From assembly GCA_037447605.1 (NCBI GenBank), contig CM074819.1, positions 1,014,297 through 1,078,296 of the forward strand: a stretch of DNA of 64,000 bases. Reading direction: 5' to 3'. Position 1 is the stretch's first letter. Every line of letters starts with the position of its first letter. This DNA is from Zygnema circumcarinatum SAG 698-1b. Its lineage: Eukaryota; Plantae; Zygnematophyceae. The translations under genes and the position numbers were made by a program. Under the pieces are notes generated by a model that was given only the letters and a program-made list of their open reading frames with translations, did no database searches and was not told where the DNA came from. This document shows, in pieces, positions 54,359-64,000 of this stretch.

Positions 54359-56155
54359 GTGGGTGGGCCTCTCGTGAGAAAATGGAAGTGGCATTGGTCG
54401 CACGATGGCCATATACATCAATGCCACCACATGGGCAAGTCTCGCGAAATGATCATAGTTCCGACCGACCGCGCACGTGACCAGGATCAACTTAGTCACT
54501 AACCGGATGACCCTTACTGGCCGTACATTTCGTACAGATATTTGGACGTCGTGTCGGTGCCTTCAATGCCGCGAGGCCGCGGCCAATGGGCGCACGCTGT
54601 GTTAATGGTGTCCTCAGAAAGGTCCAACGGCAGATGTGGCTGTCTTGTAGCAAGCGTGGCAGTACAAACATCTTGTCTTCTTGATACGTCATCTGCGAGC
54701 AGGACGTAATTCTGCCGCCCGCGGGCCATCAGATGCCAGCTGGGTGGCCCATAGAAAGGTGCATGCCCACGTCACTTTCTTACAGTATCAAGCACGATCC
54801 CAGGACCACTGAAGCGAGAAAATCGCATGACCGGCATGCGTACGGACAGAACGTTCACTGTTACAGTACAGGACCAACTATGTACGAACGATATTCCACG
54901 GTACTCCCGATATTTTGATGTCTCGTGCGCTATTGGAAGGAACGCCCCGCAGCGAGTGAGGGCCCGCCACCTGGCCGCCTGCCCGCCAGCCATGGTGTTG
55001 AAGGCGAGGGCCCGCTCGTCCGCCCACACTCCCACTTGTCAAACCAAGCCGGATCGACCAAATTGTAGTTGAAAAACTGAACGGAGAGTACTCCAAACTC
55101 TCGCCGGCGTGAACGGGACTCCTCTCCCATCGGAAGATTAAGCAAATGTATTGTTGATGTTTTGCTCACTGTGTCAGCAAACAACAAACCAACCAACCAA
55201 CCAACCAGCCAACCGGCCAACCAACCAACCAACCAACCAACAACCGCCAACGGAAATCCAAATTCCAATCATGCACTCCGTTGACTCGAGCAAGTCCTGT
55301 TGCTCAAGAGCCGTATGTCCGATAGATACGACGAAGGACAAGTTTTGGTGGTTCGGAGGGAGGGCATCGAAGGATTGCCTATCAAGGTTTGCAAAATTTT
55401 GTATGTTTGGATAAAGCGTGGAAGCTATTGAGGTGCTGTGAAGGGCACTGTTGGAGTGAGAATGGAGGACAAGCGGGGCAACCGAACCAGCAGTGGGCGA
55501 GGAAGGACGGGGAGTGAAGGGAGTGGGTGATATTGTTCTTCATACATTATACTCAATATAATATATACTTTCCTACACACGATGAACTCTATTTGACGCG
55601 ATGAATAGACCAAGTTGTTGTTGTTGTTTTTGTTGTTGTGTGACTCCTTGAACGCCAACAAGTGTCTCCGTTCTCTTGCTACAACAACAACCTTCCATCA
55701 ACATTATATATCCCTAAAGGAAACTAACAAATAAAGAAATGTCCGTTTGTGATTAGAATTGAGGACGTGCTCAGACTGAAGTGGCATGCTGTAGCGTGTG
55801 ACTTAAAAATCTTAAACCCTAAACCCTGACCGTGTGGTTCGTTCGTCCACATGCAATGCCTTGTAGTCCGGCCTTAAGAGTTTTCCGTCGAACGGTGCAG
55901 AGCGTCGTATGAACGCTCAGTTACAGTTCGTGGAAGTTCACAGAACCATGGGACAGTGATCAGGAACGGCCCAGAGCTGAACGGGACGGCGACAGAGAAA
56001 TGGTTCTACCGACCGTACATCATTGATACGGACGAGCATTTCCTGCCTTGTCGACTTCCCCGCTGTCGCCACGTGGCAGTTGACGGGGCTGGCTAGTGGC
56101 TACACGCACTTCAAATGTTTCAATTCCGACCCAAATTGCTTGCACTTATCACGAG

Positions 56156-56312
56156 TAGGGATGGCCCGCGTTATAAATTCCGAATATATTATATAATTTA
56201 CAACGGGTTTAAAATTAGTAATATATTACAAAGTAAAACACTTTATTACATAAATTATACCCCCTCGTTTTGAACAATTAACGACCGTACGACCGTACGA
56301 GTACGGTCGTAC
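56156..56312. mobile_element. Partial inverted copy of the same MITE (one terminus only)
   Basis: Begins TAGGGATGGCCCGCGTTATAA and closely matches the reverse complement of 54205-54358. No second TIR or TSD found. Confidence 0.85.
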
Positions 56313-57864
56313 GGTTTCTGAAAACCTTGCTTGAAGTGGAGTGGTTTATTTCCGGTTTGTGGTTTCTGGTTTGCAGTTTGTAGTTTTCTGCATCCTCTGA
56401 AAGCAAGGACTGGTTAGGGTTTGCAGGGCCAACCCTAATGGCGCTGCCTCCCTCCGAGACTGACTGGGAACCTTCATCCAGCGACTGTGAAGGTGTATGG
56501 GCATATTGTGCTCGGGGTATTTTGCGGAATGCTTGAAATTTTGAACAGACCACGGTGCTGGTCGCATTATTGCAATGTGTGCTACCTGTCAGGACGAGCA
56601 ACGCATGCAGTCAGTCAATGGCATTGGGGATCTGCTAAAGAGTGCAGGCTTATGTGTGCTTATGCGGTCAGGTTAGGGCCAAGCACAGGTAGGCACCTGA
56701 GTTTGTAGAGTACAGAAGGCGGCTTAAAAAACAAAAAGACTGACAAACTAGCAGTGAGGTATTTGTATGGGAGCATTACAGGACCCGTATCTTGTTAAAA
56801 AATATTTTTGTTCAGTCAAATTTTCAGGCAGAAATGAACTTTCCATGGAAGCCTGGCCTGATACCGTTATCATAAATAACTTGAGTAACTTTCGTTCGCA
56901 TTTTCTAGATATTATGGGAAACACTTGCGGTGCAAACTTTGGCATTTTGAGTTACGGAATTCGAAGTGGAGTCTTGACGAATTTTGGCGAGGTAAACTTA
57001 CGGAAGTTGACCAAAACCGTTACGGAATTTTAGTTACTAAAGGTTATCTTCACAATGTGCGCCGCATTGCTGCAGAGCCGCACACTCAGCGACACGCAAT
57101 TTTTTTCGATTTCAATTTTCATATGTTTGAGAGTCTACATTTTGTGCAGATTTAGAGGGTTTCGCAGCATTGCTGTTAAGGCTTTTGACTCCAGCAAGGA
57201 TACGGATCTTACAATTCAGGTTTACGGATGCTGAATCCTCATACTGTAGCTATGCCTTCCTGCTTGAAACTCCCTAAATTGCTGAAATTACATTAAGCGA
57301 ACCAAGACTTGTACAGCAAAGCGATGCCCATGCACATGCATGCATGCAACGGTCGTCTCATGACCCAAGATCTACAATGCGGCTATGAATGGCCGTCTGC
57401 TATATGCGCAGTGCGGCCCCATGTCACTCGAACACCTGCACTAGGGCACCTCTCCCAGCTTAAGCCAACAAGGGAGTCAAATGCAAGCTACAGCCACCCC
57501 CCTAACTCTAAGCACATCCCTATCCTTCCTAAGCTCATAAGCCCAGAACATAGCTGAACATCAGAACAAATCAAACCGGCCACATTCCCTAATTAATCCG
57601 CACCCTCTCTCTCTATTCCAGCTCTGATTATTTGCAGGGAGTCCTGCAAAAAGGATTGGAACCTAAATAACTTAAAGCAGCTTGCAGGCTCTTATCCCCC
57701 CTCCCCTCCCCCTCCCCTCCCCCTCCCCCCTCCCCAGCAGTCTCCCTCCTCGCCCTAATGCAAGGCGTTGTTCCAGAAGCTCCCTTCCCCTCCCCCTCCC
57801 TCCCCCCCCTCTCTCTTTCACAGGACAGCTTTCCCTCTCTCTCCACTCCCCTGCAAACAGCCTC

Positions 57865-60800
57865 TCAAATGCGCGTTCTCGCTGCAGCTATCAACGCATC
57901 CACAGCAGCGCTCGCCTCCTTTGCAGAACACATCATCGCTTCTTCTTCAGGGCTCAGTCGAGCACACAGAGAGCTGCTCAGAGGCGATGCTGCGGAGGCA
58001 GTGGGAGGGAAGGCAGGAGGGGTGAGCTCCGGAGAAGAAGTCCAACCATGGCTTGCAATGGCAGGGTTCTGCAAGCGATCAAAGGAGAGCTCTGAAGGGA
58101 GAGAGAGTTGGGAGGCCATGGCTGAAGGCGTTGTGACTGGGGACGCTGCGGAGGAGCTATCAGAGAAGAAAGTTTCTTTTTCAAACCTCCAAGGAACTGC
58201 TGGTTTGAAAGATTCTACGGGCCATGCATCGGAGATTTGTTGTTGTTGCTGATGTTGATATTGCTGACGTTGATAATGATGTTGTTGTTGTTGTTGTTGT
58301 TGTTGATGTTGATATTGATATTGCTGATCTTGCTGTGGATGCTGCTGTTGTTGATGTTGAGTGCTCGGAAACACAGCCGGAACATGTCCTGAAACCAAGG
58401 GAGTGGCAGCCCTAAAGCAGGAGAGATGAGAGCAACCGCTGCCATAGCATTTCCCAAGTCCGCAAAACCCTTCTTTACTACCACTAGCAGCCAAAGGGTG
58501 ACCTGTTGCAGAGGTGGGAGAGAGAGAAGCCCCTGAGGGAGAGTACGAAACATCGCTGCGGGAGGAGCATAAACCCTCTGAAGCACATTCTGAAGCCCCC
58601 CCTGAAGAAGCTCCTCCAAGAGACCATGGCTGCCGGCCCAATCTTGCCACTTGGCGAGGAGGGAGAGCGAGAGAGAGTTCTCCTCCACATGCAGCCTCTC
58701 CCTTCCAAAGCTCTCTCGTGCTTGAAGGCGAAAGAGGAGTAGTAGCAGCGGCTGAAGTGTCTTTTAGGGTTGACATTCTTTCAGGTTCAGAAGTGAATTC
58801 CGTCAATATGGGGAAGGTAACGGGAGAGACTGCTCTACTAGCAAGCCATGCTGCCGAGCTTCTTAACTTAGCTCCGGGTGAGCCTACTGCAGTAGGGCTT
58901 GCTACCTCTACTCTACCTTGAGGACTTAGCCAACTTGGGACTGTAGTGAGACGTTGAATTCGATTGGGAGGGATCTGAATAGAGGGCCCCTTAATATGGT
59001 CTCCTCTCCAAGGATCAGGTTCATGGAGTCCAATAGTTAGGCTAAGGTTCAGAGTTCTGTTGATCTCTGTGCTGAGATCGTCTCTCTCTTCCTGTTCCAC
59101 ACTGCTTATATCTTCCTCTCCCTCTCCTCCGAAAGTTTCAGTTAGGGCTATACCCACATGTGCTTCTGGCGGAGCAAGGCTAAGGTCGAGACTTCCAGAA
59201 GCTTCCGGACGCTCCCAATTGTTAACTTTCCATTGGGGCTCACTGTGTGCCTCTCTCTCTCTCTCCCTCTCCCTCTCCTCCCCTCCCGGAAGCAGAGGTA
59301 AAAGCTCCTTTCCACGGCTATCTCTGTCTACCTCCATGGCCCCTACCCTCCACTGCACCTGCTCCTCTAACTCCGTTGCTGCCTCCGTCCCTCTCTCTCT
59401 CTCTCTCTCCTCTCCTCCCTCCTCTTCACCCCCTGAGATACGCCACAACTGCGGTGATGGAAGTTGCCTCTTTTCAGGCGTCCCCACTGTGTCCCCTCCC
59501 AGCCATTCCCCTCCCTCCCGCATCCTCTTTTGCCTCTCTGCCCCTCTCCTTCCCGTGCTATGGAGGCCCTGATACACTCTCTCCCCTCCTCCCACTCTCT
59601 CCCACGGTAGCCCCTCTCCAGGTGAGCTAAGTCCCGAGAGAGGGGTAGTCGATCCCGAAAAAGAACTCTCTCCCTTCATGTCAATCTGAACGCTCATAGC
59701 TCTCCTTAAGAGACCTCTTGCAGGAAGGTTAGAGAACTTTGCAGCACCTCCTTCAGCAGCCATGGCTGCCTGAGTTGAAGCTATCTGCTCGCTCCCCATG
59801 GCTTCCTCCCGCGGCTGCTGCTCTGCTTGTCCTCCCGCCATGGCTGCACTGCTCCCTCCCACAGACTCTGCAGCGAGAAGGGGAGAGGAGAGAGGAGTGG
59901 CTGCAGGGGAGGAAGGGGCGGGAAGATTGTTGAGCCAACGGGGGGACATGAGATTGGGAGTGGGAGTGGAGGGAGAGAAGCTGCTCGTGCTCTGCTTGAA
60001 GCCCAACATGGCGGACCTTGGCGGTAGCGTTATGGCTGCATCCATGCATGCCTCCCCCATTCAGCATGCATGTCATGTCATGTCATGTCATAGCATGGCA
60101 TGGCATGGGGGAAGCATGCCCCATCCCACATCCACTGCACCATCAACCCTTGCAGCCACAAAGGAACAGAACGGCACATGCTGTCGCACCGAAACGGACC
60201 GGAACGGAACGGTGCAACTGAAACTTAAGGTACACATGCATGGAGACTCACCGGTGGAGGGGTCCTCCCCCCCTGCAGCCGCCACGAGTTGCTGCTCCGC
60301 GTGCTGCTTGCGGAGTTTGTTCATTAGCACGTGCCATCGGCCCTGTATCTGATAGCCCGTGCGAGTGGGGAAATAGGCAGCAGCAATGCCCACCCAGTTC
60401 GTGCATCCCTCCCACGAAACAAACTGAATCAGCCGCCGGTCCTCTCCGTCTGTGAACGGCGACTTATCCACCTGCCCCACAAACACCAAACAAAAAAAGT
60501 TAACAAAAAACCCACCAAAACAAAGCGGTCCCATGTCTGCTTTCCTCTGCAAGAAGCGGGAAAGGAAGGAGAGAGAGAGGGAGAGAGAGAGAGAGAGGCC
60601 CCACATTGGGGTCGAGGTAGGATGACCAACGCAGCCTGCAGCTCTGCGCATCGCGGTTAAGGCAGGTAAGCTCTTGCACGTTTTTCCAATTTCCCGGCCC
60701 GTGTTTGGCCACAAACTCCATGAGCAGGCGGTCCTCTTCCTCCGTCCATGGCCCCCGCCCCTTCATGCCGCCGCCGCGCCCTCCCCTCTGTGAACCCACC

Positions 60801-61160
60801 CGCCGGAGAGCCTGCATGGTAACAACAGCAGGGAGGGCAAGAGGGAGGGAGAGGGAGAGGGGGAGGGGTGGGAGGGAGGGAGAGAGGGAGGAGGGGAGGG
60901 AGGAGTGGGAGTGGAAGTGGGAGTGAGTAGTGGGAGGAGGAGGGGGAGAATTGGGAGGAGCAGAGAGGGGGGGCCCTTACCACAGCGAGGGAGCGCTGGC
61001 GGAGCTGTGCTTCTGTCCTGCCTGGGAGGGCCTCCTTTGCATGGGCGATCCACGTGGCACCGTGCTGCTCCATGAGACGCGCAATCTGGGCATCTTCTCC
61101 CGCAGTGAAAGCGGCAGACTTCACGCTTACATTTCCTTCGTCGGAGTTTCCCCTTCCCAT
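57865..61160 (-). CDS. MYB: MYB transcription factor with three MYB-like repeats and a long low-complexity C-terminus with LxLxL (EAR-like) motifs; 4 exons visible; true start may be further upstream
   Basis: AFTAGEDAQIARLMEQHGATW..LPGRT|..RGPWTEEEDRLL..HGPGNWK..LNRDAQSCRLRWSSYLDPN|VDKSPFTDGEDRRLI..NWVGIA..PTRTGYQIQGRW..|AITLPPR...; the splice phases (0, 0, 1) are mutually consistent. Confidence 0.85.
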
Positions 61161-61304
61161 CCTCTTCTCTTTTTCTTCAACTCTTTAACCTTCCTCTTCA
61201 ATAAACCCTAAAAACGCTATGGTGGGGTACCTCTGTCCAACCCGCAGAGGCGGCTTTCATGGGAGTGAAGGTGGAGACTATGGCCGCAATAATAGGGATC
61301 CTGC

Positions 61305-61346
61305 CACGTGGCAAGGTATGGATACGTGGAAAGATATTAACACGTG
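61305..61346. promoter_or_regulatory. Two CACGTGGCAAG (G-box/ABRE-like) direct repeats upstream of the MYB
   Basis: CACGTG at 61305 and 61341, each followed by GCAAG. Confidence 0.4.
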
Positions 61347-62884
61347 GCAAGCTAATAGGGGCGCAAACATTTAAAGAGCAGGTAGAGAGGGGCTGTAGCA
61401 CCGAAATCCTTAAATCAGCAATTGGAGGACGCGACAGATGTTACTGTGCCTCGTTTCCTCCCTCTCACAAACTCCCTCACTCTCTCTGTCTCTCACCCCG
61501 CTCTCTCCCGCTCGCTCTCTGCCTCTCTCCACCTGCAACAAAGCACACCCCCCCATATTCCACCATTCCCCCCCAGAACCAATGGCGGCAGAGAGCAGTG
61601 AAATTGACTCACCAAGAGGACATATGTCGCGCGGCGATACATCAGCTCCCTCCCTCACCTCTCCGCTTCATGTGCCTCCCCCTCCTCTCCTAACTCCTCC
61701 ACACCACCGCCATCTGCAACCAATCTCTCCAATCTCTGCTAGCTCTCCTCCCCTCCCTTCCCCCCCTCTCTCCCCTCCTCCCTCCCACCTGCATTGCCTA
61801 CGTGGCTTCCTCTCCTGGCGCCACGTGTCCGCAGCCCAGCGGTCACTCAGAGCGCCCCGTCGCACGGGCGAGGCCACCTCGCCCTCCAAAGTCCCCTGCT
61901 CCTCTGCGGTCCTCTAGCCCAAAAAAGTCACCTTTGTCACGTCACGTCACGTCAGATCCACGCTACGCTAAACTAGGCGATGGAACAGCTCAAATGCCGT
62001 ACGAATTCGTACAACTAAATGTCGGTGACTCGTGGAATTCAAATCGGACCGTCTCTGGGTGTACGGCTTCTTTGCGGCCAAGATCTGTCGGAGCACGTGC
62101 AGCGACCTGGGCGACATTGGGCCGTCCGATCTGACAATGCGTCAACGGAAGCCGTCAGATCCGACCCAGAAGTCGCGGGCCGGAAGATGGCGCATCATTT
62201 TGGGGGCGCTGTCGCAAGCTGGCGGGCAGAAGCCACTCGCCCAAGTGTTTTGTCGCGCAATGGCACTACACGACAAAACTGCCGGTATACGGAACCGACG
62301 GGGGGTTGGCTAAAGTTTGGTAATTAAATTCGTGAGTACGGTAGGGGATGATAAGGACAAGGATGACCGTACAATATTCGAACTTTAGGGGTTTTTTTCC
62401 GAATTACAAATTTTAGGGTAAGGGATCGTCCAATGGGGCTTTACCACGTGGACATTGTTAAGTATTTGGCGAGTCGTCATTGGTGGACGTCTCGACCATA
62501 GTTCGCAAATGGAGACCCGGAATTAGGGCATTTCAGAGTCTTAAGAGATAGTAATAATAATAAAGAATGGAAGAATATTCTTCAGTATTACTGAAGATAG
62601 TTGAAACTGACAACCGTACTGACAATGATTGCGTTGCCTGCCGTACGGTAACCAAACTCCCGATTTTGTCGACGTCAAGCTTGACGGAAAACGAGGCAGC
62701 GAAACGTTTGTAAGGAAGGTGAAAGTGACGGAAAATCGCGTCATCGTCCCGTCATCTCGCCTCGCGGCCGCTGCCAGAATCTCGAGGCGCGGCATTGCGC
62801 GGCATTGCGCGGGGAGGCGGAGGGGCCAACTCGTGCTCTAACTTCGGTCACTCGTCCGCGGGGCCTTGGTGAGCGCCTCTTCGT

Positions 62885-62977
62885 GGTTCCCCGGGTTGGC
62901 TTTGGGCATGTGCAGGAGGTGATGGATGGCATCGGCATGTGCAGGAGGTGATGGATGGCATCGGCATGCGCGAGACC

Positions 62978-63029
<52 letters not shown>

Positions 63030-63098
63030 TCCATGCCTATGCCCATGTCCATGTCCATGCCCATGCCCATGTCCATGCCCATGCCCATGCCCATGCCC
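62885..63098. repeat. Two tandem copies of about 32 bp followed by about 20 copies of (CCCATG)n
   Basis: ggcatgtgcaggaggtgatggatggcatc x2, then cccatgcccatg... with tccatg and cctatg variants. Confidence 0.9.
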
Positions 63099-64000
63099 AC
63101 CCTCCATCCCCATCTCGCTGCTTGGCATCGTCGTCGAGACGACAAAACAATTTCCGCTATCTCGCTTTCTGAAGTCGGGGCGACTGCGGAAGGTGGCTTA
63201 AAAAGTACGGACTCCGAAAACCCGTTCTCAGTTGGAATTTTGGTACAATAATACGGAAAGTTCATTTTGGGGCGACTGGCGGACATTTTTCGGCCGACAA
63301 ATCGAAAATTTTATACGCTGGCTGCAGCGCTGGACCAAAATCTGATCGAATCAAATATATTGTCGTATCGATCGCTCCAAGAAGTTGCACGTCACAGCTG
63401 TCGGCAAGTGGCCTTTTGTACATAGCCTGACGTCATGCCAGGCAAAAAAATTACAGCAGTCTTCTGCTAGGATTGGGTGAACGCAGTCGCGGCGCGATGA
63501 AAGTCGTTCGATTTATGTGATCGATGGCTGAGATTCGCACAAAAGATCCCCCAAAGACAGTGAATCTGCAAGCCGTGACGGCAGACCTGCCAACCGAGAA
63601 AGTCAAATATTCGGATATGGCCGTACGATTAGAGAATCTGAGTGTACGGGAATGGGGATGTACGGTATACGTACGGTTACCTGTACGAGCCGATGTCCCG
63701 TCACTTGGAACGGTAAACGTAACGGAGGTACATGGAACGGGTTGGTCACAAGGGATCCTACGCTCGCACGAACGTAGGGACAGGTGTCGGCGACCGACCG
63801 ACAGGCATCGTTAAATGAGTTTTACGGGACATCCTGTTTGTACTAATTTCGGGACCATTTTGAGTTTCATTTTCGGGATTTTTGGGACTTTTTCATTTCG
63901 TACTTTTCTGTACTTTCAGTACTTTGATTGTACCTTTTAGGTACTTTGTTTGTACTTTTGGACGACGTTTTTGTCCTGTAGTAGCATTCGAAGTCGAGAG

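Noticed and set aside
55814-55827. AAACCCTAAACCCT as a telomerase-RNA template
   Set aside because: No upstream USE/TATA type-3 Pol III promoter was recognisable, and telo-box motifs are frequent throughout the window.
61410-61917. Additional upstream MYB coding exons
   Set aside because: Several short ORFs with possible splice sites exist, but no unique in-frame path could be established without transcripts.

Overview
Eukaryotic nuclear DNA from an intron-rich, GA/CT-microsatellite-rich green-plant genome. A streptophyte alga (Zygnematophyceae-like) is my inference from gene content and composition. The scaffold has ten 10-N joins, all in repeat-rich regions, and one 100-N gap. I can support 12 host genes: ZCCHC17-like (runs off the left edge), a variant WRKY, GID4, a CYP71-clan P450, an ORP4-like oxysterol-binding protein, a TIKI/TraB-like protein, Mpv17/PMP22, a Rad60/Esc2 SUMO-like-domain protein, plastid heme oxygenase, an epsilon-type 14-3-3, a steroleosin-like HSD and a three-repeat MYB. 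Mobile DNA comprises two decayed Ty3/gypsy elements (one a chromovirus), a CRE-like non-LTR fragment, a complete hAT-type MITE with an 8-bp TSD plus a partial copy, and a foldback-like pair of palindrome-built arms. The most notable oddities are: an ORP4 lacking the EQVSHHPP histidines; an R3-like/R2/R3 MYB; a WHKYGQK WRKY with a hybrid zinc finger; two interstitial telomere-like arrays with different units (TTTAGGG/TTTGCGG, and TTAGGG grading into CTAGGG); pervasive GTAC islands; and a candidate His-Gly peptide ORF downstream of a GTAC cluster. I found no CRISPR array, rRNA or tRNA. No single clearly new multi-gene system is demonstrable from the sequence alone. Exon boundaries were read by eye and some are approximate.
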